The notes beneath the pieces are model-generated. The model had not been told where the DNA came from. It saw only the letters and a program-made list of their open reading frames with translations, and made no database searches. The position numbers and the translations under genes were made by a program. 64,000 nt of DNA, taken from assembly GCA_038998585.1 (NCBI GenBank), contig JAVZGQ010000004.1, positions 260 through 64,259 of the forward strand. The letters are read 5' to 3'. The stretch comes from Candidatus Aenigmatarchaeota archaeon. Lineage in GTDB: Archaea > Aenigmatarchaeota > Aenigmatarchaeia > CG10238-14 > SCSR01. Shown here in pieces: positions 49,089-58,694 of the stretch (the stretch's first letter is position 1; each line of letters starts with the position of its first letter).

Positions 49089-49092
49089 GATA

Positions 49093-49332
49093 TCAAGCCC
49101 CAACCACAACTCTATAATATATAGTTTCACCTGCAGTTGGACTCTTCCTTATTATTTTAACAATATCCCCAACTTTGGGATTTTTGTCAGCTATGGCAGG
49201 GTCTGTTATTAATATCCTTGGGAATTGTTTTAAACTAGCCTTATATTTTTTCAATACTTCTGCCTTTTCTTCTTCACTTAAAATTATGTGTTTTGGTACA
49301 AGATGGTGTTTATCTACTTCTATTTTTTTCAA
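49093..49332 (-). CDS. rpoH: DNA-directed RNA polymerase subunit H (Rpo5)
   Basis: 79 aa from TTG 49332 (GGGGTGAGG just upstream): KKIEVDKHHLVPKHIILSEEEKAEVLKKY... The longer track ORF (to 49467) runs into the 5S rRNA gene; GTG 49356 is an alternative start. Confidence 0.8.
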   Translation of the reverse strand: MKKIEVDKHHLVPKHIILSEEEKAEVLKKYKASLKQFPRILITDPAIADKNPKVGDIVKIIRKSPTAGETIYYRVVVGA

Positions 49333-49414
49333 TTCCTCACCCCTATCCAATAGCACAATAAAGAAGGTTGGTTTATATAAGCTTTTCTTTTCAAATCGAC
49401 ACCGGTACGATAAA

Positions 49415-49531
49415 TGTTGGCAACGTCCTGGAATTCCCCTGCTTTCGCAGAGTACATCCCAGATCACTGGGAGGCTTAATTACCGTGTTCGGATGGGAAC
49501 GGATGTTTCCCTCCCGCTTTGGTCGCCAACA
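49415..49531 (-). rRNA. rrf: 5S ribosomal RNA
   Basis: Minus strand TGTTGGCGACC...GTTCCCATCCGAACACGGTAATTAAGCC...CTGGGATGTACT...GTTGCCAACA; terminal helix TGTTGGC/GCCAACA; ends +/- 3 nt. Confidence 0.85.
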
Positions 49532-49699
49532 ATATATTTTTATAATTTACTATATTTATCTTTTTAAATCTATCGGTAGTAACAATTTAGTGTATATTTT
49601 CAGTTTTTGCCGGCTATTTCTTTAGGCGGCGACAATTATTTTCACTTTAATTGATCTTGTTTTTTCACTTAATATCTATATTCTATTTTTATTCAGAAA

Positions 49700-49772
49700 C
49701 GCCTCGGACGGGATTCGAACCCGTGTCTCAAGCGTGACAGGCTTGCATCCTAAACCACTAGACGACCGAGGC
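49700..49772 (-). tRNA. tRNA-Asp (anticodon GUC), uninterrupted
   Basis: GCCTCGG..CAAGC-CTGTCAC-GCTTG..ACGGG-TTCGAAT-CCCGT-CCGAGGC-G; 73 nt. Confidence 0.9.
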
Positions 49773-49855
49773 TTTTCAAATCTCAAATATTCTATTAATT
49801 ATTTCTTAATTTAAAACAATAGCTCATAACTAAATAAATTTTGTTAAAAAATAAG

Positions 49856-49992
49856 TCCCCGGAGCCGGATTTGAACCAGCAACCCACCGGTTTCTAGTGA
49901 GCAACTGCTGATACCAAGTACCAAAGTACTCAGCTACAGCCGGTTGCTCTACCATTACTCCAGTTATTCTATCCTGTTTGAGCTATCCGGGG
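49856..49992 (-). tRNA. tRNA-Tyr (anticodon GUA) with a D-loop insertion (about 49956..49976) and a 42-nt canonical intron (49892..49933)
   Basis: C1:G72 acceptor CCCCGGA/TCCGGGG; D stem GCTC/GAGC encloses 30 nt; arm ACCGG-CTGTAG[42 nt]A-CCGGT. The canonical intron has a 6-bp inner helix TGAGTA/TTGCTCA (one G-U pair) next to 3-nt bulges. Confidence 0.8.
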
Positions 49993-50073
49993 CTTCAATC
50001 TTAATTAAAATATTCCCCCTATTTTATTTAATTCTTATGAATTATCATATAATTAAAATTTAGATTAAAAATT

Positions 50074-51516
50074 TTATCCTGCTTTTATGTATACAGATTT
50101 TGAGATTATTTTCTTTACTTCTTTTTTCTTGTCCATGAACTTTAAGTAGGCTTTTGGAAGTTTAAGTGTACCAACTATATCAATGATCGGCTTTATTCTA
50201 TAAGTCAACACTCTTTCATCCCCTGCAGCAAGAGAAGGAATTCTCCAAACAATTTCAGTACCATTTGCAACTTTTCTTAAAGTAGGTCTTAAGGTGTCAA
50301 ACTTCTCCACAACCTTTGCTATTCCAGGCACAAAATCTCTAATCAAAACATCTTTTATTTCATTTCTAGTCCTGTTCTTTACTTCAAGCATTATTGTTAT
50401 TTCTCTCTCTCTTGTTATTGGGCCCAAAGCCCTGTGCTTTTTTTCTATACTTATGTTGAAAATGTTCACAAAAGAATAGACTATTATTACAATCAAGACA
50501 ATTGTTATTAAGACGGCATTCCACGTGCTTATCTCATATGTTATGGTATAGGTTTGTCCCGGATTCAGTGGAGGCACAAACCAAGTGTAAACAACTCTAT
50601 TTTCTTTAGTTTCTTCAAGAACAGGCTCTTTCTTTGGGAAGAAGAAAACTTTCATGAAGAGTGGAATATTTTCATAGACATATAGACTTGTTGTTGGAAC
50701 ATTCCCTTCATTTTTTACGGTCATTTCTACAGTTTGGACTAAAAAACCATATTTTGTGGATTTAATTATTGGTAGATTCTCACTCATATTCACAGTTGCT
50801 ACATTGAACTGAGTTTTTTTCTTGTTTAAAATTGTTCCGAATTTATCTTTTAACAGAACTTCAACAGTATACATCCCAGGAGCTTGATATTTACCAATTT
50901 CTACAGTGTGGTCTATCGTTTTTGTGGTTTTTCCTTCAATAGTTTCTATATAATCGTCAAACATTTTGAAAATCTCGCCGTTAAACATCACTTTTGTTTG
51001 TAAGCTGAACGGTTGAGAAAGACTTTCAGACGGATTCTTCAAAAGAACCTCAATTTTTAAATTCTCGCCAGGATCGACCCTTGTTTTGTCCAATTTCAAT
51101 TCATAGATACAAACACCATATTTTCTAATCGTCCCAAGTATAAGATTCTTGGAGTCGCGCACTTCCTCATTTTTTCTAGATATCGCAGTTATTGCGAAAG
51201 ACGATGAAATTTCTTCAACACATTCAGGAATTTCAAAGTAAACCTTTAAACTTTTATTTTCACCAGGTTCAAGAGTCAAGGTGTATTTTTCTAAGGTGGG
51301 TATAATGCCGTAATGATAAGGAGGAAAAATCGAGAGTGAAAAAGTGTCTCTAAAAGCTTGATTGTTTTTTATTGTTATTTCAGCTGCTGATAGTTCACCG
51401 GTGTAAGCTGTAAGAAACATCGGTTTTATAGATAAACTCACTTCTCCTGCAGCTAAACAACCTTTTATGGCTAGAAGAAATATAAGAGGCAAAAATAATA
51501 GGGCTTTGAACTTCAT
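50074..51516 (-). CDS. exported/membrane-anchored protein with beta-sandwich (DUF11/CARDB-like) repeats
   Basis: 480 aa; N-terminal signal peptide, one TM near aa 335-360, repeat-like segments. Confidence 0.45.
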   Translation of the reverse strand: MKFKALLFLPLIFLLAIKGCLAAGEVSLSIKPMFLTAYTGELSAAEITIKNNQAFRDTFSLSIFPPYHYGIIPTLEKYTLTLEPGENKSLKVYFEIPECVEEISSSFAITAISRKNEEVRDSKNLILGTIRKYGVCIYELKLDKTRVDPGENLKIEVLLKNPSESLSQPFSLQTKVMFNGEIFKMFDDYIETIEGKTTKTIDHTVEIGKYQAPGMYTVEVLLKDKFGTILNKKKTQFNVATVNMSENLPIIKSTKYGFLVQTVEMTVKNEGNVPTTSLYVYENIPLFMKVFFFPKKEPVLEETKENRVVYTWFVPPLNPGQTYTITYEISTWNAVLITIVLIVIIVYSFVNIFNISIEKKHRALGPITREREITIMLEVKNRTRNEIKDVLIRDFVPGIAKVVEKFDTLRPTLRKVANGTEIVWRIPSLAAGDERVLTYRIKPIIDIVGTLKLPKAYLKFMDKKKEVKKIISKSVYIKAG

Positions 51517-51553
51517 TTCATCACTATATATATTAAATGAATTTTTAAATTAA

Positions 51554-52195
51554 TTAGCTTCTATTTCTAAATTTCTTCAAAATATCTTCTAACAAGTTCC
51601 CAATTGGCTTTATCTCGAATAGGCAAGAAATATCATATTTTTTGCCGTAGACATTGTAATAAGTTAGATTATCGAAAGGAATTCTCTCCTTTTTCTCTTC
51701 TTCCTCTTCAGCATAACCAACAGCAACTATTGCCACTGGCCTTAAATTGTTCGGGAGATTTAAGATATCTTTTACCATTTCTTCATCAAAAGATCTTATC
51801 CATTCTGCTGCTAGGTTCAGGGCATTTGCAGTTACTAACATAAGCATAGTTGCTGCCGCAGTGTCTTGTATAGAGTAAAGGGCTTCACCTTTTTTCTGAA
51901 ATCTCAGACTTGCTTTTTCTAAATCTGCGCAAACAACTATAAGTACAGGGGCTTCTTTTATTAATCTGTGTTCTAGGGATGCTTTGTATAGTTTGTTCTT
52001 TTTTTCCTCATCCCTTACAACAATAAAGTTCCATTCTTGCATGTTGCCAGCAGAATTAGCTTGGTTGGCCATGTGTAGTATTACACCAATAAGTTTATCG
52101 TCCACGGGTTCTTTTTTGAATTTGATTACAACTTTTTTATTGACTATTGCATCAAAAATGTTCATTCTCTCTAATAGAGATTTCAATTCTAACAA
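51554..52195 (-). CDS. nitroreductase family protein
   Basis: 213 aa; typical nitroreductase N-terminus and QEWNFIVV...QDTAAA pattern. Confidence 0.7.
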   Translation of the reverse strand: MLELKSLLERMNIFDAIVNKKVVIKFKKEPVDDKLIGVILHMANQANSAGNMQEWNFIVVRDEEKKNKLYKASLEHRLIKEAPVLIVVCADLEKASLRFQKKGEALYSIQDTAAATMLMLVTANALNLAAEWIRSFDEEMVKDILNLPNNLRPVAIVAVGYAEEEEEKKERIPFDNLTYYNVYGKKYDISCLFEIKPIGNLLEDILKKFRNRS

Positions 52196-52395
52196 TTAAA
52201 GTTTTTTGGTAGACCCATAAATAGAACATCAACACATTTCCTATTTTTTACTACTGATATCAGAAATTATGAGGATTTTATTTATTTTCATAACTTCATA
52301 CAAATTCTTGAAACAACTTTCACAAACACCAAGAGCCCGTCTTCTTTTAATCATAAAATATAAAATAACACAGACAAGTATTAAATGTGGCTCAC

Positions 52396-54105
52396 ATGGA
52401 GTATTCGCTTCTGGCAAATTATTATGAAAAACTGGAAAACGTTTCAGCAAAATTGAAGAAAACCGAAATACTTGTCGAGCTGTTCAAGAAAGCTGATGAG
52501 GAAGAGTTGCCAAAAATAGTCTTGCTCTTACAAGGTATAGTTTATCCAAAATACACACAATTAGAGTTGGGAATAGCAACACAGATGATGATTCGTGCAA
52601 TTTCGAAAGCAACTGGATTTAAATCAGAAGAAATTGAGAAAAAATTTGCAAAGCTTGGCGATCTCGGTTTAGTTACTGAAGAGTGTGTTAAATCGAGGAA
52701 ACAAGCAGTACTTTTGAAGAAAAAACTTACATTAGGTTTTGTTTTTGAGAACTTGTGTAAGCTCGCGACAATAACAGGTGAAGGTTCTCAAGAGAAGAAG
52801 TTGAACTTGATAGCAGAGCTTATCGTTTCGGCAGATCCAAAAGAGGCGAGATACATTGTTAGAACAATTTTAGGCGAACTGAGAATTGGTGTCGCCGAAG
52901 GTTTGATGAGAGATGCAATAGTTCAAGCCTTTTTAATTAAGGAAAGTATGAGCAAAGAAGAAAAATTAGAAGCAGCTCAAGCAGTTGATTATGCTTGGAA
53001 TATAGTTTCAGATTTTGGAGAAGTGGCAAGAATTGCAAGAAAAGAAGGAATAGGTGGCTTGAAGAAAGTAAAGGTAAAGATAGGAAGACCAATTCAGGTT
53101 ATGCTCGGCGAAAAGGCAGAAAATATAGAAGAGGTGATAAAAGAGTTTGGAAAAATTGCAGCAGAGTACAAATACGATGGGATGCATGCAGAAATTCAGA
53201 AGAAGGGAGAAAAAATTTGGGTCTACACAAGAAGGCTGGAAGATGTGACAAAACAGTTTCCAGATATTGTGGATATTTGCAGAAAGGGTCTTAGAGCTAA
53301 AGAATGTATAGTTGAAGGCGAGGTTTTAGCTATAAATCCTAAGACTGGATTGCCTTTACCCTTTCAAACACTCTCACAAAGAATTCATAGGAAGTATGGT
53401 ATAGAGAAAATAGTTAAAGAAATTCCTGTTCAGTTGAATTTGTTCGATGTTGTGTATTTAGAGGAGAAAGCACTTTTTAACAAAAGCTTCTTTGAAAGAA
53501 GGAAAACTCTAGAGAAAATAGTTAAAGAAATTCCTGGTAAACTTCAACTTGCCAAACAAATAATAACAAGTGATGTGAAGGAAGTTGAAAAATTTTATAA
53601 AGAGGCTTTAGATGCGAAGCAAGAAGGTTTGATGCTGAAAGTTTTGAATTCGCCTTATGTGTTTGGCAGGCATGTAGGGACGATGTATAAGATAAAACCT
53701 ATGATGGAGACTTTAGATTTGGTTGTAGTGGGTGCGACATGGGGTGAGGGCGCGAGAGCCAATTGGCTCACAAGTTTTGAGCTTGCTTGTAGAGATCCTG
53801 ATACGGGAAAATTCTTGAGATGTGGGATGATGTCCACAGGATTGACTGAGGAAGAATACCAACAAATGACTGAAATACTAAAACCACTGATAATAGAGGA
53901 AAGGGGGAAAAGTGTTAAAGTTAGACCAAAGGTTGTGATCGAAGTGGGATATCAAGAAATTCAGAAATCACCTAACTATGAATCAGGTTTTGCCTTGAGA
54001 TTTCCGAGATTTTTGAGAGATAGAACTATAGATAAATCTCCTGAAGAAGCTGATACAATAGAAAGGGTTAAATCTCTTTTCGAGAGCCAGGGAAAAGCCG
54101 GCTAA
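52396..54105 (+). CDS. lig: ATP-dependent DNA ligase
   Basis: Adenylation motif AEYKYDGMHAEI, EGEVLA, LMLK, OB domain; ATG 52396 preferred over GTG 52387. Confidence 0.95.
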   Translation: MEYSLLANYYEKLENVSAKLKKTEILVELFKKADEEELPKIVLLLQGIVYPKYTQLELGIATQMMIRAISKATGFKSEEIEKKFAKLGDLGLVTEECVKSRKQAVLLKKKLTLGFVFENLCKLATITGEGSQEKKLNLIAELIVSADPKEARYIVRTILGELRIGVAEGLMRDAIVQAFLIKESMSKEEKLEAAQAVDYAWNIVSDFGEVARIARKEGIGGLKKVKVKIGRPIQVMLGEKAENIEEVIKEFGKIAAEYKYDGMHAEIQKKGEKIWVYTRRLEDVTKQFPDIVDICRKGLRAKECIVEGEVLAINPKTGLPLPFQTLSQRIHRKYGIEKIVKEIPVQLNLFDVVYLEEKALFNKSFFERRKTLEKIVKEIPGKLQLAKQIITSDVKEVEKFYKEALDAKQEGLMLKVLNSPYVFGRHVGTMYKIKPMMETLDLVVVGATWGEGARANWLTSFELACRDPDTGKFLRCGMMSTGLTEEEYQQMTEILKPLIIEERGKSVKVRPKVVIEVGYQEIQKSPNYESGFALRFPRFLRDRTIDKSPEEADTIERVKSLFESQGKAG

Positions 54106-54235
54106 TTTCTATACAAGTTAAGAAATTTACCTACATTCTATTAGTGAACAAAAAGTTTAAGTTGTTTTTTAATCTACAGTAATAAATAAAACCTTAAATA
54201 TTCAATCACTTAATAGTTAAAACAGAGGTATTTTG

Positions 54236-55051
54236 ATGTTGGCATCTAACAAAACTATGGAGGCCTTGCGTAGTATAGGTTTGAATTTGTATGAAAGAAA
54301 GCTTTGGATAGCTCTTTTATCAAGAGGAACGAGTACTGCAGGAGAACTATCAACAATAGCAAATGTTCCCAGGTCAAGGAGCTATGATGTCCTGCAAAGC
54401 TTAGCAGAAAAGGGATTTGTTGTTGTACAATCAGGAAAGCCCTTGAAATATATTGCGATTCCTCCTTTAGAAGCTTTGGAAAAAGCAAAGGCAAAGATCG
54501 AAGAAGAACTAAAAGACAGAATAGAAAGTATAGAAGAGTTAAAGTCAACTCCTGTGATGAAAGAGCTGAACGAAATTTTTACACATGGAATAAAAATGAT
54601 ATCTCCAGAAGAGATGACAGGAGCACTAAAGGGTAAATATACGCTTCAGCAACAACTTGCTTCTATGTTTAGGGAGGCAAGTAAGCAGATAGCAATTGTC
54701 ACTACTCCAGAAGGCTTGATCGAGCTCACCACAAACCATTTTGAAAATTTGAAGAAAGCTAAGGAGGCAGGAGTAAGTATAAAAATAGCAACTAGCGGAA
54801 AAGAAAAAATAGGCGACATAATAAAAACCTTGAGCAGTATAGCTGAGATAAGAATTTTGGACGAAAAGGATGTAGACTTGGCAGGAAGATTTTTTGTAGT
54901 AGATGATAAACAGTTTGTTTTGTCTTTGACAGACACAAAAGTTCATTCGACTCAAGACTTGGCACTTTGGAGTAAGAGTGAGCATGCGGCAGGAAATGTA
55001 CTTTCCCCACTATTCAAGTTAGTTTGGCAACATTCAAAACCGATAAGTTAA
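54236..55051 (+). CDS. TrmB-family transcriptional regulator
   Basis: LGLNLYERKLWIALLSRGTSTAGELSTIANVPRSRSYDVLQSLAEKGFV; AGAGGT upstream. Confidence 0.8.
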   Translation: MLASNKTMEALRSIGLNLYERKLWIALLSRGTSTAGELSTIANVPRSRSYDVLQSLAEKGFVVVQSGKPLKYIAIPPLEALEKAKAKIEEELKDRIESIEELKSTPVMKELNEIFTHGIKMISPEEMTGALKGKYTLQQQLASMFREASKQIAIVTTPEGLIELTTNHFENLKKAKEAGVSIKIATSGKEKIGDIIKTLSSIAEIRILDEKDVDLAGRFFVVDDKQFVLSLTDTKVHSTQDLALWSKSEHAAGNVLSPLFKLVWQHSKPIS

Positions 55052-56964
55052 ATGGCTTTAGATCCCCAAGGAACAAAAACAACTCTTTTAGAAAGCTCTT
55101 TCGGTATATACAAAGGCCTGAAAGGCATTTTTTCAATCTTATCCTTCACTTCTTTTATGAATTCTTTCAAGTTCATCTCTTCCCTAAACTCTTTCTTAAT
55201 TGAGGATTTTTCCCTGATCACAACTTGAAGTCTTTCAGACTCAAGTTCCTTGTCGCCAATCACTATTATGTAAGGTATCCAGCTCCTCTTGGCCTCAAAA
55301 ACTTTCTTAGCTACTGTCAAATCTCTATCATCAATTCCGACTCTGATTTTTTCTTTTTCCAAAAGATGGGCAATTTCTGCGCATCTTTCAAGATGCTTTT
55401 CTGTGCTGACTGGAATTAGTCTGACTTGCTCAGGAGAAAGCCAGAGTGGAAACATCGGTGCTTTATTTTCTTTTTCCATCCAATTTCCAGTTTCAAGAAT
55501 AGCAGCTATAGCTCTTTCTATGCTTCCGAAAGAAGAGGCGTGAATTATAAACGGAACAGGAACTTTCTTACTATCCTTGTCTATGAAACAAATATTAAAC
55601 CTTTCACCATTCTTAATATCCCACTGTACTGTTGAAATTTGAAGATTGTTTCCGTCTGGAAATATGGCTTGATATTCGTTCTTGAAGGCATAATAGTGGG
55701 ACATTTCTTTCATCAACTTGAAAAAGGCAGGGACTTCGATTTTTTTGATTATATCTTTGAAAAAATTCTTGTATTTTTCATAAAAGCTTTCAACAATCTC
55801 GAACCCAAGAACCCAGTGATCTTTCGCTATGGTTTCGTTCATTAGTTTTGCAAAAAGTAGACATAACTCTTCATAAACTTTTTTTGCCTGTTCTTCATCA
55901 ACACAAAAAGCATGTTGATCCGTCATCCAAAAGTTTCTAACTCTCATAAGCCCAGATAGCTCGCCTTTTTTCTCTTTTCTGAAACATATTGCCTCTTCAT
56001 AAACTTTTACTGGCATGTTTTTGTAAGTGAAAAGGAGTTTTTGAACAAACGGGAAAGCTCCAGGATCACTTGCAAATCTTAGTACTAGTGGAACCTTTTC
56101 CTCAACTTTATAATCCCTTTCATGAAATTCACCTTGCAGTTTCCTTATCTCTTCCACATCAGTCCTGTATAAAAGTGGATTTTGCATCTTCATAGCACCC
56201 CAAGGCATGGCAATCTTATATAGAGCATAATCCATTATCAAGTCTTTGATAAGAACACCATTTGGATACCATTTCATATTTCCAACATCACTTTCAGGAC
56301 AATAATCAACGAGCTCGAGCTTTCTCATGAGCTCTATATGTCTGGGTTTTTTACTCTTTGGAGGATTCCCCTCAAGTTCATTTCTCACAAAAATTTTCAA
56401 GTATTTGTATCTCCTTTCTTTTTTCAGAAAAACTTTACAATTTTTCCAATTTTCGCGATTGACTTCATATTCATTGCCCTCAGAGTCAATTATCATGAAT
56501 CGATGAAACTTATCTTTTTTTTCTCCAATTTCTTTTTCTTCCTTTTTTTCACCGGCAACAAAAGATTTTGATTGTTCTGCCAAAGGATGACCCTTGACAG
56601 CATTTGTTATTCTTTTGTTCCAGCCAAAAGGTGCTCTAAAAGTTTCAATTTTCAATTCTTTAGCGTAAGCTTCCATAACTTTAAGAATTTTGAGAGCTTC
56701 GTTCGGTTTTGCTGGTTTGTTTGACAAATGTACAAATGGATAAATTAGAAGCCTGTTGATCTTCAAATTTTTCATAAAGTCTCTTATTTCATCTATGGCC
56801 ATTTCTGCAATTTTTTCATCATCACCTTCCTCAACGGCAGTGAAAGCAACTAAAATTTCTTCAAATTTATATATCTTCTTTTCTGTCTCTTCAGCTTGTG
56901 GTATTTCTTTTTTTATTGGCTCATATTCAATCCAGTCTGAATGTGTTTGCAAAATTCTCATCAA
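55048..56964 (-). CDS. thrS: threonyl-tRNA synthetase (archaeal type with N-terminal editing domain)
   Basis: 638 aa; class II core and C-terminal anticodon-binding domain. Confidence 0.9.
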   Translation of the reverse strand: MMRILQTHSDWIEYEPIKKEIPQAEETEKKIYKFEEILVAFTAVEEGDDEKIAEMAIDEIRDFMKNLKINRLLIYPFVHLSNKPAKPNEALKILKVMEAYAKELKIETFRAPFGWNKRITNAVKGHPLAEQSKSFVAGEKKEEKEIGEKKDKFHRFMIIDSEGNEYEVNRENWKNCKVFLKKERRYKYLKIFVRNELEGNPPKSKKPRHIELMRKLELVDYCPESDVGNMKWYPNGVLIKDLIMDYALYKIAMPWGAMKMQNPLLYRTDVEEIRKLQGEFHERDYKVEEKVPLVLRFASDPGAFPFVQKLLFTYKNMPVKVYEEAICFRKEKKGELSGLMRVRNFWMTDQHAFCVDEEQAKKVYEELCLLFAKLMNETIAKDHWVLGFEIVESFYEKYKNFFKDIIKKIEVPAFFKLMKEMSHYYAFKNEYQAIFPDGNNLQISTVQWDIKNGERFNICFIDKDSKKVPVPFIIHASSFGSIERAIAAILETGNWMEKENKAPMFPLWLSPEQVRLIPVSTEKHLERCAEIAHLLEKEKIRVGIDDRDLTVAKKVFEAKRSWIPYIIVIGDKELESERLQVVIREKSSIKKEFREEMNLKEFIKEVKDKIEKMPFRPLYIPKELSKRVVFVPWGSKAI

Positions 56965-57254
56965 ATCACCATAATTCTTTTTATATTTTCTGGAGTTTTA
57001 TTGGTAATCAAGAAAGAAAGAGATTCAGAGCAGTGTTTGGCACTCACCAATCATTCCAACCTTAAATTTATTTGTAAATTTAAATTTAAATATGTAATAA
57101 AAGTTACCTCGAGAAATTGTAACAATAGTCTTAAAAACTATTCTTTTAACCATTTTTTAATTGCATTTTCAGCTTCTTCGGAAATAGCGCCACCGGCAAC
57201 TCTACCTTTTTTATTAAGTACTTTTTTAAGAACTCTAACCAAACCCTTTCGCTG

Positions 57255-58062
57255 ATATTTGTAAAGCGATTATTTGATGATATTAAAAGGAATTATTCTG
57301 GTCCGGTATTAAAATATTTTAGAGAAAAACTCAAACTTTCAGATAGAAGTTTATACCATTGGACTAACAATACTCGAAATATTCCCATATCAAAACTTTT
57401 AAATTTTATAGATTTGGACCTATATTTGTCGTAAGTCAAAAAAAGAAAAGATGCGCATTTTAGATGAAATTTATTAAAATGTTAATGGGGCTTCCATCTC
57501 TGGAGGACACAAAATAAAATTACCTAAGAAAATAACAGAGGATTTTGCGTACCTGATAGGATATATCTGTGGCTATGGTTATTTAGCGAACCCCTACTTG
57601 TCATTTAAAAAACAAAAGAGAATGCGTTGCAATATTTCTATTTATGAAGAAAGTAAAAAACATTTAGAAGATATTATCAAGCCATTGTTTTTAAATATTT
57701 TTAACCTTAATGTGACTGTTAATCAATCTATAGATGAAAATAGTTATAACATAAGTTTTGTTTCTAAAATAATTCATAAGTTGCTTGTCAGAATCCTTAA
57801 TTTACCATTTGGACCAAAAGCTGGAAAATTAAAGACGCCACATCTAATTAAAAATGCGCCTGTTCATATTAAAATGGCCTTTATACAAGATTGTATGATT
57901 CTGATAGTACAACTTATAGTTATAAAGATGGTAAAAAGACGATTACTAAGATAGCAATTAGACGAGACTAAGGAAATGCTTGATAAATTAAAGATAAAAT
58001 CTAATGGCCCATACTGGGATAAGACAGCGAGTGTTTGGCTACTTGAAATTAAAAATGAATAA
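57255..58062 (+). pseudogene. decayed free-standing LAGLIDADG homing endonuclease gene
   Basis: Fragments in three frames: HTH-like LSDRSLYHWTNNTRNIPISKLLNF; motif 1 ITEDFAYLIGYICGYGYL; motif 2 split by a frameshift (MAFIQD / LYDSDSTTYSYKDGKKT); several internal stops. Confidence 0.7.
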
Positions 58063-58138
58063 AGCATAAAGTTATTTAAATCAAGAATTAATTTTAGACA
58101 TTATCAAAAGATTGAACGTATCGACCAATTAGTATATT

Positions 58139-58230
58139 AGCCCCGTGGTGTAGTGGTCAAGCACACAAGGCTCTGGTCATATGAGATTGGTGGTAACCTT
58201 GGGACGCCAGTTCGAATCTGGCCGGGGCTA
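58139..58230 (+). tRNA. tRNA-Gln (anticodon CUG) with a 19-nt intron at 37/38 (58177..58195)
   Basis: A1:U72 acceptor AGCCCCG/CGGGGCT, D arm as in archaeal tRNA-Gln, arm CAAGG-CTCTGG[19 nt]A-CCTTG, T arm GCCAG-TTCGAAT-CTGGC. Confidence 0.8.
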
Positions 58231-58413
58231 TAAATCTTAACAAACTTCTCTATGCTTGACGACTGTTTAAAGCTATAATAAAAAATTTAGGATGTTGAGT
58301 TCCTAGAATCAAAAATAAGTTTGGGATGGGAAAGTAATTATGAATATAAGAAAAATTAAACTCAAAGCTTTCATATTTTCAACAGCTTCTCAATTGTAAC
58401 TCAGACACATTTT

Positions 58414-58569
58414 TTAAGCTCTTTCTAGTTGCTTGACCTTTTCGCTTAGGTATTTTATCCTGTTCTGTAAGAATTTTGCTTGCTTTATTGTTCTTGCTGT
58501 GAACAAGGCTTGCTTAGCTTCATAAAGCTGTTCTTCGAAAAACTTCAATTCTTCTTTATTTCCATTCAT
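58414..58569 (-). CDS. possible 51-aa coiled-coil protein
   Basis: MNGNKEELKFFEEQLYEAKQALFTARTIKQAKFLQNRIKYLSEKVKQLERA; below the track cut-off; no family recognised. Confidence 0.3.
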   Translation of the reverse strand: MNGNKEELKFFEEQLYEAKQALFTARTIKQAKFLQNRIKYLSEKVKQLERA

Positions 58570-58694
58570 ATGTTACTATATAGTAGTACTAATATATAAG
58601 CTTTACTATCATAAAGTGATAAATAATTTTCTATTAAGAATATACCCATCCTCAACTTTAATCACATTTATTTTTTCAAGTTTATTGTTAAATT

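Noticed and set aside
49333-49467. N-terminal 45 codons of the 124-aa rpoH ORF
   Set aside because: This part overlaps the 5S rRNA gene and has no similarity to RpoH. A TTG behind a strong Shine-Dalgarno gives a normal 79-aa subunit H.
52241-52450. 69-aa minus-strand ORF upstream of the ligase gene
   Set aside because: It overlaps the ligase start region, has an odd composition and no ribosome-binding site; probably spurious.
57150-57255. Short minus-strand frame (...GLVRVLKKVLNKKGRVAGGAISEEAENAIKKWLKE) and plus-strand ORF 56941..57255 between thrS and the LAGLIDADG relic
   Set aside because: Both frames are open over the same DNA. Neither has a convincing start or a recognisable family. 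It may be a gene fragment, but the sequence alone does not support it.
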